The notes: generated by a model not told the origin, from the sequence alone. Shown: positions 46,856-58,075, counted from the stretch's first letter. The stretch: DNA of 64,000 bases from a virus (IMGVR_UViG_3300028833_000110:31832-95831); one strand, 5' to 3'. Translations and numbers: made by a program.

Positions 46856-47434
46856 TTACGTTTCTTTTCTCAATAAAACTATTTGATCTTTTCTATTTGC
46901 TTTTAATAACTCCACATCAGACACAAAGGTATTTAACCTAATTATATTAGGAGCTACATCATATATAAATCCAAGTAATGCTCCATCCTTAAATCTGATA
47001 GAAACAGTACTCAATTTTGTTTTTTCTTTAATTACAATAAAATTTTTTTCATCCTCTCTATTTTGAAACAGTGCTTCTAAAAACTTCTTTAATACTGTCT
47101 CGCTAAAATCTCCGACCTCATGAAGATATCTTTCATTATATCTAGCAATAACATGTTTTTTTACATAGATAATGTTTTTATCTCCAATTCCAGTTAAGAT
47201 ATATTCTATCGGCCAGATTGCAATATATAAACCAGTAATGGAATATATTAAATACCTACCTTCATTTACTTTTAAGATATAATATTTATCACACCATCTT
47301 GAGTTTACAGAAATCTCTTTAATGGGTTTATCTTTTAATTTAAGAAGGGAGTTTATAATTATTCCTTTTTCTTCGTTAATATTTGAAAAAATATCGCTAT
47401 AACTTAATTTATTTATATTATCAGTTGTTATCAT
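46856..47434 (-). CDS. Hypothetical protein (H...RY.ER motif)
   Basis: 192-aa ORF. Confidence 0.7.
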   Translation of the reverse strand: MITTDNINKLSYSDIFSNINEEKGIIINSLLKLKDKPIKEISVNSRWCDKYYILKVNEGRYLIYSITGLYIAIWPIEYILTGIGDKNIIYVKKHVIARYNERYLHEVGDFSETVLKKFLEALFQNREDEKNFIVIKEKTKLSTVSIRFKDGALLGFIYDVAPNIIRLNTFVSDVELLKANRKDQIVLLRKET

Positions 47435-47579
47435 ATGTAGAACAAAATAAAAAAAAACATCTTAAAATTTTTAATTTCAGATGTTTTGTTCACATATAAG
47501 GCTTTTAACCCTACTTTATTCTCAAAAGTAATCAGTATTTGGCCTTATTTCCTTATATTAGAGAAAATTTATATTAAAA

Positions 47580-50192
47580 ATGAAGAACCTGAAAGACTTA
47601 AAATTGGCAAAGAATTTTTACAAGATCTTATCAGAGGCATCAAATGAAGCCGAAGTGATAAGTGTAGAGAGTATAATTTATTACTCAATTTTGTACTGTA
47701 TTAATGGGGGTGAAGAAGAGATGGCAGGATCAACCCTCACCTTTCATATGGTTAAGAACCTAACTCAACAAGAACAGAAACAACTTAAAGACTCACTGAG
47801 AGAACTATTGGATGAGGTTCTAATAAAGGAACTCCCTAGTGAATTAAGCTGTGATACTATCACCCCATTCAGTACTAATGCAACAACCATGTTCAAAGAA
47901 CTGGAGGAAAATAAGGAGGATGGAATATCTATCAGCTCATCACCTGAGATTGGAATAGATGATTTCATATTTCATCTTGTTTGTACGAGACGTGGAGATA
48001 TAGTAGAAGTTCTTAATAATTATGGTATTAATGATAGGTCCTACTTAAAAGCAACAGTGAATACTATACTTGATACTACAACTAATTCTGATAATAATAA
48101 TTTCTTGAACTACCTATCCCTTAGTGACTTAATTGATAAGTTAATAGATTATAGTGGTAATCCTGAATCTCCACAAAATAATAGTAAAGACGATGAAGAT
48201 TCTAAGCCTAAAGGAAACTATAGTTCTGAAAATTTCGAGAGAGCAGGAGAGATTCCAGATATTCACACTAAAAAAGTGGATCCATACTCGGAAACACCAA
48301 CTTTAGATGAATTTGGAATTAATATGACTGAGGAAGCGAGTAAAGGAGCTTATGACAAAGTTATAGGTAGGGATAAAGAGTTATCTCAATTAGTTGAAAT
48401 ACTCTTATGTAGGAAGAAAAACAATGCAATGGTTATAGGTAATGCTGGTACGGGAAAGACTGCATTAGTTGAAGGTTTGGCTCAACGAATTGCGGAAGGA
48501 TCTGTTCCCGACGGGTTGAAAGATAAAAAAATAATCAGTATTAGTAGTACAACCCTTACGGCTGGAACTATATATAGAGGTCAGCTTGAAGAGAGGGTCC
48601 AGAAATTATGTGCAGAAGTCGCAAAGAATAGAAACATCATAATATTTATTGATGAATTCCACTCTACCGTATCTGACAACAGTAATAATATTTCACAAAT
48701 GTTGAAACCTTCCTTATCTAGAGGAGAATTAACCCTCATAGCAGGAACAACATTAGATGAATACAAAAAATTTGTTGAAAAAGATTCTGCACTAAAAAGA
48801 AGGTTTCAAAAAGTACTATTGGAGGAACCATCTGGAGAAGATACCTTAATGATACTAAAAGGCGTCTGTGATAAATATTCAACCCACCATAATGTTATAT
48901 ATACTGAGGAAGCATTAAAGTTGTGCGTAAGTCTTTCTGAAAGATACTTATATGATAGAAATAGTCCGGATAGAGCTATTGATCTAATGGACATTTCTGG
49001 ATGTCATGCCAACTTAAATCATCCAACAAAGACTCCAACTAAATTAACAACACTAGAAAATAGGTTGGGAAGAATAAAGGAGAAAAAAAAGAAAGCTATA
49101 ATCAAAGAGGATTATGAAGAAGCTTTTAAATACAAAGAAGAACAAGAGAAAGTAGAAAAGCAAATTCATGACCTACCAACGAAAGGTAATTTTGTTACAG
49201 ATCTTGATATCGCCGAGGTAGTATCATCTTTGTCTAACGTACCAATAGATAAGATTCTTAATCCGGACATAGATAAGATCAGAAATATGGGTCCAAAATT
49301 AAAAAATATTATTATTGGACAAAACGAGGCAATTGATATAGTAACTAGTCTGTTGAGTAGACATTTCTTAGGACTATCTGACCCGAATATACCACCTAGT
49401 CTCTATATTTCTGGTGGAACCGGCACAGGTAAAACATATTTAGCTGAGGAAATTGCTGAAACTGTTTTTGGAAGTCGGAAATCACTAATAAGAATAGATT
49501 GCGGGGAACTAACCCAGCCTCATACAGTAACGAAATTAATAGGAGCTCCTCCTAGTTATGTTGGATTTGGTGAAATAGCCTTATTTGATGAAGTTCGAAC
49601 TAGGCCACATTCGCTAATCCTAGTAGATGAAGCAGATAAGTTATGTGAGGAAATATTAAATACAATCTTTTTAAACATACTCACTACTGGAACCATTAAA
49701 TTAAGTAATGGTATTGACGTAAGTTTTAAAGACTGCATTTTCATCTTCACTTCTAATGATGGTACACGTCAGCTAGAAGCTCATGGATCTGGAATAGGTT
49801 TCATAGATCAGAGCGGAGATAAATCCATCACAAAAGAAATCGTTCTCAAGGCCATAAAAGATCGTATAAGACCAGAAGTAATAAATAGATTTTCTGGAAT
49901 TATAGTATTTAATAACCTTGGAAGAGAGGAATTAAAGAAGATCTACGAACTCGAATTGAAAAAAGTTATCGAGAGAATCAAGGCAAAGGGAGGAATCAAC
50001 CTAAAAGTTAGTCCTGAAATAAGAGATGCTGTAGTGCAAGAACTAGATCTCACTTATGGAGCCAGAGATTTAAAACGAACTATAACAAAATGGGTTGAAG
50101 ATCCAATTTGTAATTTTATATTAAACAATCCCGATAAAAAACTGAAAAAATTGGAGGTTTTCTTAAAAGATGGAAAACCTGCAGTGAAATAA
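47580..50192 (+). CDS. clpC: Clp/Hsp100 ATPase, ClpC-like
   Basis: Two AAA modules (GNAGTGKT/FIDEFH; GGTGTGKT/LVDEADK), KLIGAPPSYVG, UVR-like EDYEEA, YGARDLKR. Confidence 0.9.
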   Translation: MKNLKDLKLAKNFYKILSEASNEAEVISVESIIYYSILYCINGGEEEMAGSTLTFHMVKNLTQQEQKQLKDSLRELLDEVLIKELPSELSCDTITPFSTNATTMFKELEENKEDGISISSSPEIGIDDFIFHLVCTRRGDIVEVLNNYGINDRSYLKATVNTILDTTTNSDNNNFLNYLSLSDLIDKLIDYSGNPESPQNNSKDDEDSKPKGNYSSENFERAGEIPDIHTKKVDPYSETPTLDEFGINMTEEASKGAYDKVIGRDKELSQLVEILLCRKKNNAMVIGNAGTGKTALVEGLAQRIAEGSVPDGLKDKKIISISSTTLTAGTIYRGQLEERVQKLCAEVAKNRNIIIFIDEFHSTVSDNSNNISQMLKPSLSRGELTLIAGTTLDEYKKFVEKDSALKRRFQKVLLEEPSGEDTLMILKGVCDKYSTHHNVIYTEEALKLCVSLSERYLYDRNSPDRAIDLMDISGCHANLNHPTKTPTKLTTLENRLGRIKEKKKKAIIKEDYEEAFKYKEEQEKVEKQIHDLPTKGNFVTDLDIAEVVSSLSNVPIDKILNPDIDKIRNMGPKLKNIIIGQNEAIDIVTSLLSRHFLGLSDPNIPPSLYISGGTGTGKTYLAEEIAETVFGSRKSLIRIDCGELTQPHTVTKLIGAPPSYVGFGEIALFDEVRTRPHSLILVDEADKLCEEILNTIFLNILTTGTIKLSNGIDVSFKDCIFIFTSNDGTRQLEAHGSGIGFIDQSGDKSITKEIVLKAIKDRIRPEVINRFSGIIVFNNLGREELKKIYELELKKVIERIKAKGGINLKVSPEIRDAVVQELDLTYGARDLKRTITKWVEDPICNFILNNPDKKLKKLEVFLKDGKPAVK

Positions 50193-50206
50193 AAAAAAAT
50201 AAATAA

Positions 50207-50242
50207 AAAGACTAGAGCATTTTAAGCTCTAATCTTTTTTTT
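50207..50242 (+). terminator. Bidirectional intrinsic terminator
   Basis: AAAGACTAGAGC/GCTCTAATCTTT hairpin flanked by A and T runs. Confidence 0.65.
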
Positions 50243-50300
50243 CACAAAATTCCTTTAATATAAATTTTATTAGATTAAAATCTAATCTAGTAAGAAAATA

Positions 50301-50726
50301 TTATATAGGATATTGGTTATTATAGTTTATCGGTGCGCCTTCCGGCACTGACTCAATTATAAAGTCATTCACCCGTCTCCAACGCTGTCCACCTCCCCCT
50401 CTATAATATGGAGGAGTATATGACTGACTATAAAAGTCTCTATTACTAGATAGAGAATCTATACTCTCAGCCATAGTAACTAATCCTTGAGTAAGTGCAA
50501 CTAATTTACTGCAGGTCGATTGGGCAGCGCGAAAGCTGTTAATTAATGTATTCGAACTATTTCCAGCTTTTTTATCATTTACTGGAGATGTCCCATTATT
50601 ACAATCATTACAACCAGTGTTAGCAGATTTTCCTCTTTTTACTGCTTCGCTAACACTAAAAAACATAGCTATACCTGCTCCTAAAGCAAGAATAACCTCT
50701 AATCCAATAGTTAATGCTTTATTCAA
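50301..50726 (-). CDS. Membrane-anchored hypothetical protein
   Basis: N-terminal TM segment; TTG start. Confidence 0.65.
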   Translation of the reverse strand: MNKALTIGLEVILALGAGIAMFFSVSEAVKRGKSANTGCNDCNNGTSPVNDKKAGNSSNTLINSFRAAQSTCSKLVALTQGLVTMAESIDSLSSNRDFYSQSYTPPYYRGGGGQRWRRVNDFIIESVPEGAPINYNNQYPI

Positions 50727-50811
50727 ATTTTCTCATTAGTTTATAAGTCATATTTTCTTTTTTTTATTTTTTTTTATATTTTAGGTATTTTATGTTTTCT
50801 TATATAAGGAA

Positions 50812-52005
50812 TTAAGGGGTTTCCTTCATTTGGTAGAAGTTTTCCCTTATTTCTATTAATAGGTTTTCTAATTTAACTTTATCTATAGCTTCTGGTATTT
50901 TAGAACACCTAAAAGCATTATCCATCTTTTCTTTAAGGGACTCAACGTATTTCATAATTTCATCATAGGGAATCTTAGAGTTTCTTATCTCCAATAATAA
51001 ATCCCTATCAATAGGACCCCTATCTAATATTAGTCCCTTTCCATCTGCAATCTCTATAGAAACATTAAATAGTCTTACTGCTTGGGAAATATTTTTAGAA
51101 TTATAACCACAATCCTTGTTTAAAACATATCTTTCTTCATTTCTGTTTTTTACCCAATCCCAATATCTTTTGTATTTATTGCAATGATCAGTAAAAGCAT
51201 TAATGTTATATTGAAAATTACATAGTGGTTTTTCCTTCTTTTCTATACTTGATAGTCTTAGTTGGGTACTTGGGTTATTGGGATCTAAAATACCGCGATA
51301 GGAAATAAAGGAAGAATCCCGATTTTTTTTCCACTCTAAATAATGAAGTGGAAGTAAGGACCCATACCTTAATTTTTGATAATCCCAAAAACCCATCTCC
51401 TTATCAGCTCCCCAATCATAATAAAGGGCATATAATTCAATTCCCCTAGGCAATCTAACAACCCCACAATGTTCTGGTTTTAGTTTTTTAATTTCTAACC
51501 ATTTATCTAGTGGAATAGACTTACTCCCGCTAATAACATTACAGAAGTGAAGTGGAGACTTTCTCTCTTTTACTTCTTGTGGATCTATATTAATCAACTT
51601 ATTTAAACCCCTTGCTTTTTTAATTTGGGATATTGCATAATGACCAAAAGATTTAAAACATTCTTTTGTAATAAACTCATCCCTAGACTCAAATAATGGG
51701 TCTAAAACAGGGTTATAGATCTTTATTAGATTTTTGGGGGTATATAATAATTCTAAGGCATTTGATCTACTTTGTCCTAACATTGATATAAACTTTTCAA
51801 TCTCATACCAACAAGAATTATTATTATTAAATTGAATACTAGTAGGATAGTCTCTTCTTATTCCATATATCCAATTTTTAGGAGAAATAAAAATAGAATG
51901 AGTATCTATATCGGAAGTCTCTGTAGCCAGTCCATATAAATGGCTACCTCGTATTCCCTCAAACACTACATAATCATTCAATTCATTTTGTATATATACT
52001 GACAT
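50812..52005 (-). CDS. Pol-beta-superfamily nucleotidyltransferase (YcgL/RlaP-like)
   Basis: GSHLYGLAT.TSD.D, YE..KF..L...N.LELL, Y..KN.....RL, LL.IR. Confidence 0.8.
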   Translation of the reverse strand: MSVYIQNELNDYVVFEGIRGSHLYGLATETSDIDTHSIFISPKNWIYGIRRDYPTSIQFNNNNSCWYEIEKFISMLGQSRSNALELLYTPKNLIKIYNPVLDPLFESRDEFITKECFKSFGHYAISQIKKARGLNKLINIDPQEVKERKSPLHFCNVISGSKSIPLDKWLEIKKLKPEHCGVVRLPRGIELYALYYDWGADKEMGFWDYQKLRYGSLLPLHYLEWKKNRDSSFISYRGILDPNNPSTQLRLSSIEKKEKPLCNFQYNINAFTDHCNKYKRYWDWVKNRNEERYVLNKDCGYNSKNISQAVRLFNVSIEIADGKGLILDRGPIDRDLLLEIRNSKIPYDEIMKYVESLKEKMDNAFRCSKIPEAIDKVKLENLLIEIRENFYQMKETP

Positions 52006-52342
52006 TTCTTATCATTTTATCATCTACTATAACCCATAATCTATTCACTATTTTATCTATAGTTCCAGAATAGATATGATTTTTATCTAAATAATAAACA
52101 CTATCTCCTTCCGAAATAGGATTCCCAATACAATCTTTAGCAACATCTGGATCTGGACATATAGGTTTTTTTGTTGCTTCATCAAGACAAACCCAACTAT
52201 AAGTCCAAACCTGTGCTGGAGTAGATATACATTTTACCCTTACTCTATTATTTTCAGAATCAAAACTTACAACCGTTCCGATAGTTAGATAAATAGAGTT
52301 TCGAGTTATTGGAAATAAAACAAGCTTTCCTTCTTCAATCAT
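51983..52342 (-). CDS. Hypothetical protein
   Basis: D..GN.I..GD.V motif. Confidence 0.65.
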   Translation of the reverse strand: MIEEGKLVLFPITRNSIYLTIGTVVSFDSENNRVRVKCISTPAQVWTYSWVCLDEATKKPICPDPDVAKDCIGNPISEGDSVYYLDKNHIYSGTIDKIVNRLWVIVDDKMIRNVSIYTK

Positions 52343-52345
52343 ACA

Positions 52346-52714
52346 TTACATTATTTTTTCTATTGTAGTAGAAAAAGTATCATATTTTTCCATATAAATA
52401 GTAATCCAACTCCTCGTATCCCCTTCAATACATGTGGCAATAAAATTAAATTTACTAAGAATTTCGGTTATTTCTTCTAATCTAAACTCTTTACGATTAG
52501 ATAAAAGAATTTCCCAATCAGATTTAGTAAAACACCCACTCTCATAATCAGGAAATACTGTAACACAGTCGTCTGGAGAAACTACTAATTTAATTTTACA
52601 AGTATCCGTTTTTTCATAATAATAAACAATACGAGTTGGTTGTTCATTACTCTGTGCTTGTAATAGTTGAATTGAACAGATAATAAATAAAAAAATAAAT
52701 ACAATTTTTTTCAT
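52346..52714 (-). CDS. Secreted hypothetical protein
   Basis: Signal peptide MKKIVFIFLFIICSIQLLQA-Q. Confidence 0.65.
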   Translation of the reverse strand: MKKIVFIFLFIICSIQLLQAQSNEQPTRIVYYYEKTDTCKIKLVVSPDDCVTVFPDYESGCFTKSDWEILLSNRKEFRLEEITEILSKFNFIATCIEGDTRSWITIYMEKYDTFSTTIEKIM

Positions 52715-52716
52715 AC

Positions 52717-53070
52717 TTATAATACTTTTAAAGATTCTAATTTTTGAATAATTCCTTCTATTGTAATTAAGGGTGATGTTTCTTTTATATACATACCCAC
52801 ATTCAAGAAATAGTCAAACTGCTTTAAACACTTCTTTCTTAATATAAAGAGGTTTATAATTAATATTATTAAACCAAGTATAATTAATATCAAGGCATTA
52901 TTGATAGAAAACCTATTAAAAACAGTCAAGATACTTAGTGATATAATCACTATCTCTATCGCTATGAATGTGTGCTTTTTTGATGTTTCATTATAGGCTG
53001 TATAAATCCGATTAAAAACATAATCCATCAATATTTTAAAATCTTCTTCATCAAGTTGTTTACTGTTCAT
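52717..53070 (-). CDS. Two-TM membrane protein
   Basis: Two hydrophobic helices. Confidence 0.65.
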   Translation of the reverse strand: MNSKQLDEEDFKILMDYVFNRIYTAYNETSKKHTFIAIEIVIISLSILTVFNRFSINNALILIILGLIILIINLFILRKKCLKQFDYFLNVGMYIKETSPLITIEGIIQKLESLKVL

Positions 53071-53183
53071 ATTAATCTATTAAGTATATTATATATATAA
53101 GGAATTGAAATAGCTTAAAATCCTTATATGTGTATAATAAAAACACAACTCAAAAAAAATATTAATAAAAAAATTAAACAGAA

Positions 53184-53351
53184 ATGAAAATGATTAAAGT
53201 GATTAAATGGATCGCAATTGGAGGATCCTTATTGATTGGCGGCGCGTTGTTAGACCGCCACAGTGACACCTTTAGTGGTGTAGTCGGAAAGACAGAATCC
53301 GGTCTTCAAAAATCTTTAGACTGGATTAAGGGAAAAGTAAAATTAAAATAA
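53184..53351 (+). CDS. 55-aa membrane peptide
   Basis: MKMIKVIKWIAIGGSLLIGGALL; behind CCTTATA 53122; not in ORF track. Confidence 0.55.
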   Translation: MKMIKVIKWIAIGGSLLIGGALLDRHSDTFSGVVGKTESGLQKSLDWIKGKVKLK

Positions 53352-53437
53352 TTGTGAACTGAGCTTTTTTTGGGTTGGGGAAGATATAATCTTTCTCCAA
53401 CCCTATTTTCATTTTAAGCTCAAAAAAAAGAAAACAG

Positions 53438-53563
53438 ATGAACAGTACATTATTTATCAAAATATGCTCGAAATCATCAACCATAATGATGATTACTTCC
53501 GTTGCATTTTTTGTGGCTGGAGGAATTGCAGCAGGAATAAAAGATTTAACTCAAAAAAGATAA
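53438..53563 (+). CDS. 41-aa membrane peptide
   Basis: IMMITSVAFFVAGGIAAGI; not in ORF track. Confidence 0.5.
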   Translation: MNSTLFIKICSKSSTIMMITSVAFFVAGGIAAGIKDLTQKR

Positions 53564-53569
53564 AAAATA

Positions 53570-53731
53570 ATGGGAGAATATTATAATAATTATCGAAGAA
53601 ATAACCAACAAAAGAAGGGTGGTTGTTTCGCAGAATACTTAAATGTGCAAGGAAAAAAAATGGTGACCTGGGCCACCATAATCATTACAACAGTAAGACT
53701 TGTGGAAACTATAAGATCGTTTAACAATTAA
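53570..53731 (+). CDS. 53-aa peptide with hydrophobic C-terminus
   Basis: MGEYYNNY...MVTWATIIITTV; tightly packed in operon. Confidence 0.5.
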   Translation: MGEYYNNYRRNNQQKKGGCFAEYLNVQGKKMVTWATIIITTVRLVETIRSFNN

Positions 53732-53743
53732 AATATAAAAAAA

Positions 53744-54658
53744 ATGAAAAAGCTCACGCTCACTTCAGGAAAAACTGTAGGTATTATTGCAGGCATTGTT
53801 GTAACTATAACTGTAATAGGAACCTTAGTTTACGTCTTTAAAAAGACAAAAAAAGAAGAAGAAGAGGAAGAGGTGAAGAAGGAAGAGGAAAAAATCCAGG
53901 TATTGGATGATCTAGGAGTATCAAGAGATACCCTGGATAAAGTAATGAACAAAGGAGAGTTCGTTACAAGATTGCAATACTTGATTCGTCACTCTACTAA
54001 ATGGAGTGATGAACTCCTCGATGAAGATAAATACATAGAGAACCCAGAGATCCCGGTAATTCACATCAGCCAATCAGCCGATGAGTATCCAGGTCAGTAT
54101 CCCGGTCAGGTGGATATCTACTTGGAAGTACCTGAAATTAATTTCAGATATCCGAAGATCGGGGAATACAAGACTGCTATAATAAAAGCCCTCCCGAAGG
54201 GTAAAGATCACTATCCTATAGCCCTTGAGCTTTTTGTGGTAATAAACAAGAAGGAAGAGGGTAAATACGAACAGCGATTCATAAGAGTCTTGCCAGAGTC
54301 CTATAAATCCTATAAGGATGATGGAACGGATGGTACTTTAAACTTTTATTACCATTCCCTAAAAGATCGATCGGATCTTATGGAAATTCTAACTAAGAGA
54401 TTTGGTAAGGAAGTTAGTATCGTTAAAATGGTGTTAATGTGGAGAGTATCCTTTCCCCTAAAGGAGGACACAATCCAAAAGGTGCCACTATTTCTAAATG
54501 AAATAGTAAAGATGGGTGTTGGAGAAAAGGATAACATCGTAACCTACAACATGCTGCTTTTCCATGCAGTAGATCTCAATTACGAGACGGTATATCGGAA
54601 TGAACTCTCAGTAGATCTTATCTCCTTAAAGGGAGAAGTATTTACACTACAATACTAA
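53744..54658 (+). CDS. Membrane-anchored hypothetical protein
   Basis: N-terminal TM then poly-E; hairpin GAAAGATCCCC/GGGGATCTTTC follows. Confidence 0.75.
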   Translation: MKKLTLTSGKTVGIIAGIVVTITVIGTLVYVFKKTKKEEEEEEVKKEEEKIQVLDDLGVSRDTLDKVMNKGEFVTRLQYLIRHSTKWSDELLDEDKYIENPEIPVIHISQSADEYPGQYPGQVDIYLEVPEINFRYPKIGEYKTAIIKALPKGKDHYPIALELFVVINKKEEGKYEQRFIRVLPESYKSYKDDGTDGTLNFYYHSLKDRSDLMEILTKRFGKEVSIVKMVLMWRVSFPLKEDTIQKVPLFLNEIVKMGVGEKDNIVTYNMLLFHAVDLNYETVYRNELSVDLISLKGEVFTLQY

Positions 54659-54738
54659 CTAACAAAAGGAAAGATCCCCAAGAGGGGATCTTTCTATTAA
54701 GTGGACTCTGTATTAAGACTAAAATCCTTATATTTGTT

Positions 54739-55341
54739 ATGATAATTCAAGTATTACCGCAAAAGTATTTATGTAATTGTAATAAGGGAATATCTAAAGA
54801 GAGTAATCCCGATTTATTAATTAAATTAAATAAAGTTATACAGTGGGATAAAAAAGAGGAGGAAGATACATCTCAACCACAACAATTAAAACCAGGGGAT
54901 ACTATATACTGGAATAATAATGTAATAGCAATTAATTCAGAAGATTCTGTAGTATTAATCGTCACTGAATCTGGGCCTGGTAGTATAAAAAGATTTGTAG
55001 ATTATGTTAATGAGGAGTATAAGTTTCTTAAATTAGGTGAAGAATATTTATCTAACTTAGAAGTAACTGAATTAGATTGGTCACATCCCACAGATGATCT
55101 TCAAACAAATAGGATATCTTATTCAAAACTAGAATCCATAAAAAATAGATGTAATGATCCAAAAGACGTACAAGAAAGAAATTTAGTGATAACTAGTAGT
55201 CCATTTACCCTATTTCCATCACGGGTAATGATTTCTGGACAAAATTCTTATTATGACCCAGAATATGTGGATCCATCTATAGCACCAAGACTAATAGATA
55301 TTCTATATTTTTGGATAACAAAAAATAAGAAAAAGGATTAA
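54739..55341 (+). CDS. Hypothetical protein
   Basis: ATG 6 nt after CCTTATA. Confidence 0.7.
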   Translation: MIIQVLPQKYLCNCNKGISKESNPDLLIKLNKVIQWDKKEEEDTSQPQQLKPGDTIYWNNNVIAINSEDSVVLIVTESGPGSIKRFVDYVNEEYKFLKLGEEYLSNLEVTELDWSHPTDDLQTNRISYSKLESIKNRCNDPKDVQERNLVITSSPFTLFPSRVMISGQNSYYDPEYVDPSIAPRLIDILYFWITKNKKKD

Positions 55342-55775
55342 TCCTTTTTCTTATTTCTTTTTTCTTCAATACTAAGTCCTAATGACTGTAGGCACTCTTC
55401 GATGTCCGATAAAGATTTTGGGGCATCATATAATATATCTATTCCATTTTTTTCAACAAGTTCCCTTATTAAGGTCTGTAATAATTCAGCAGTGGATGAG
55501 AATTCTTCCTCTTTGACCAATTTTATTATCTGGTCATCAATAATTTTTTGATTTTGTTTTATTGATTCTGCTGTTTTTTTATCACTACTATCATCCTCCT
55601 CTTTAATATTATAATTCCTTTCTTCTAATTTTGTGTTATCTTTTTTGTTTTTTCTTAATAGAAGGAATATAATTCCTGTTATTGCTAAACTTAAAGAAAC
55701 GATAAATGTAGTTGTTGTTGTCTTCATTTTGTTGCTATTAAGTGATTCAGGCTTTGACACCCATACTCCTGGCAT
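55338..55775 (-). CDS. Membrane-anchored hypothetical protein
   Basis: TM FIVSLSLAITGIIFLLL; start may be MKTTTT. Confidence 0.6.
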   Translation of the reverse strand: MPGVWVSKPESLNSNKMKTTTTTFIVSLSLAITGIIFLLLRKNKKDNTKLEERNYNIKEEDDSSDKKTAESIKQNQKIIDDQIIKLVKEEEFSSTAELLQTLIRELVEKNGIDILYDAPKSLSDIEECLQSLGLSIEEKRNKKKD

Positions 55776-56062
55776 ATTTCAGCCACTCGCAACATCTTAG
55801 TAGACATCTTTAGTGCCCTTATCCCCATAACTGCGTAAAAGTGTGTTGATCTCTATGGAGATTAAAGCATTGTCTAGAAGGTTGAACTCAAGTTTATCTT
55901 TACCGGGATTATAAAAGTGAATATAATTATTATAATGCCCAAAATAAGCTTTTGTATTTATCATACATATTATAATTTATAAAATTATAATTAATTAATT
56001 AGTAGATTTTACTAATTTATTTTATTAATTATTAAGCCAGACAATGCTCATATATAAGGATT

Positions 56063-58072
56063 TTAGGTTATAATTGTATTATCCTTTCTATTAGATAGAA
56101 TAGCTTTTTTTATAATCTTTCCAAGTTTCTGTGGAAATTCAGATAGATCACTTGAAAGATCTATAGATTTCGAATATATCTCATCTATATTATAGCTATC
56201 AATACAAATACCTACTATACTAGTATTAAATTTAGTCTCTGCTTCTTTTATTTTTCTTTTAGTATCTTCTATTGCTGGTATACCATCATAGTCTATTGCA
56301 CAGGGTACTCCATCTGATATAACAAACATCAAACAGTAATTGCTATCAACTTTTCTTATTCTCTTAATAGCCGCCAATATAGCATCTCCATCTCGATTTT
56401 CATATTTAGGAGAGATGAGAGACAATCCATAGAAGCTACTACAGTGATTCCTATCTTTTGGTTCCTTGTAGACAGTAAGACTGACGGAACCTTGTAAAGG
56501 AGCATAGCAAGCTTGACTGAAGCGACTAGATATCTTTGGATCTACCTTAGAGGCGCTTTCTACATAATCTGCAGAATGACCATAAATATATAGACTCACT
56601 CCAGGAACACCACTTAGTGCCTCATTTAATAAAACTGCTGCTCGTCTAGCGGTTTTATATTTCTCATCCCTCTTCATAGAACCAGACTCATCTACTAAAA
56701 TACAGATAGATACCTTATTCGTAATTACATGACCGGTTCTTTTGTAGACTTGAGGAACACCTTGATAGGCCTCAGCTAATTTTGTTGTATCTAGTATACC
56801 AGAGCGGCATCCATGGACTACAAAATCATAATCTTTATTTTGAAGTATTAATAATTTTCTAATCGATGGAACATATGGTAATATATTTGTTTTTATCTTA
56901 ATATATTCAGGTTCGGCTAAAGAGAGTTGTTGTTTTGATGGATGAGAAATTACTGTTTCTCCATCAAACTCAGTAATACCGTCACAAACATCTTCAAATA
57001 TTGACAGCCACATAGTGTCAACTAAATCAGTCATAGTACCTTTCGACGATATATTATCAACATCTCCATCTACTCCAGAATAAAAACCAGAACAATAATT
57101 GTTATTATTGATAATTCTGCTACAACTAGAATGATCTAGTGATAATGTAGTAATGATTAATTTTGCTAAGTTTAACCCAATAGTACAGGAATCTTTAGTA
57201 TTTACATTATGATCTGTATAAATTGGTTCTACTAGTCTATATACATCTTCAAATATTTTAGAATGTTCACTGGGTATATCCTTTTCAGAAATTCCACTTT
57301 TAAATCTGATAAATCTAACAATATTATAAAAAATATCTTCAGGTTTATCAAATCCCTTTACATTTTTTATAATACTATGAGAATGATCCCAATCTTTTTT
57401 TGATAAAATATAAGTAGAATAACCAGGTCGTTCTTCTAATAACTTATTCTCAACTCTCTCGTCTTCTACTAAATCGACTAATAGTATAACAAATTCCTGT
57501 AATCTCTGTTTATAAACGCCATCAGATTTAAAATTAGGGCAATCAGCAATGAACTTTTGTATCTCATTAGGTAAAATGTGTTCCTTAAACTCTTGAAATA
57601 CCCTTAATTCAGAGTATCTTAAGTGAGCAGATTCATGTACACCATTACCACATAAGACATCTATTTTTTTCGAATCAGATTCTTTTTCATCATCCAAACA
57701 GGTTGTGCTGAGAAATAATTTTCTAATATTACTGCTTTCCTTACTGGAATAGCTTTTAGAAAATTTATTAAATTTATCCGTAGAAAAACAAATTGAGATT
57801 TTAAATGGAAAATCTAAAATAACCAATATTTCCCGTATCAATTTATTTGCGGATAATAAGACTTCTCGTACTTTAGATAAATCACCTGGGTTGGTAAAGG
57901 AATTTAAATAGCTACTATAAGAATGACTAGTAAACTCATATAGAGTAGAGCTATCAAATCCAACCCTGGATTTATAAGATTTTCTACTCCACCAACCCAT
58001 ACCCAAGTCTTTTGATCGACCAGGATTTTCTTTATCATAAGAATCATATATACCTAAAGGTAGATCTTTCAT
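56063..58072 (-). CDS. vWA-domain protein with N-terminal metallopeptidase-like region (MoxR partner)
   Basis: HESAH, VEDERVE, G.LD..KL, MIDAS DESGSM, NRDG, VISDG.P. Confidence 0.85.
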   Translation of the reverse strand: MKDLPLGIYDSYDKENPGRSKDLGMGWWSRKSYKSRVGFDSSTLYEFTSHSYSSYLNSFTNPGDLSKVREVLLSANKLIREILVILDFPFKISICFSTDKFNKFSKSYSSKESSNIRKLFLSTTCLDDEKESDSKKIDVLCGNGVHESAHLRYSELRVFQEFKEHILPNEIQKFIADCPNFKSDGVYKQRLQEFVILLVDLVEDERVENKLLEERPGYSTYILSKKDWDHSHSIIKNVKGFDKPEDIFYNIVRFIRFKSGISEKDIPSEHSKIFEDVYRLVEPIYTDHNVNTKDSCTIGLNLAKLIITTLSLDHSSCSRIINNNNYCSGFYSGVDGDVDNISSKGTMTDLVDTMWLSIFEDVCDGITEFDGETVISHPSKQQLSLAEPEYIKIKTNILPYVPSIRKLLILQNKDYDFVVHGCRSGILDTTKLAEAYQGVPQVYKRTGHVITNKVSICILVDESGSMKRDEKYKTARRAAVLLNEALSGVPGVSLYIYGHSADYVESASKVDPKISSRFSQACYAPLQGSVSLTVYKEPKDRNHCSSFYGLSLISPKYENRDGDAILAAIKRIRKVDSNYCLMFVISDGVPCAIDYDGIPAIEDTKRKIKEAETKFNTSIVGICIDSYNIDEIYSKSIDLSSDLSEFPQKLGKIIKKAILSNRKDNTIIT

Positions 58073-58075
58073 TTA

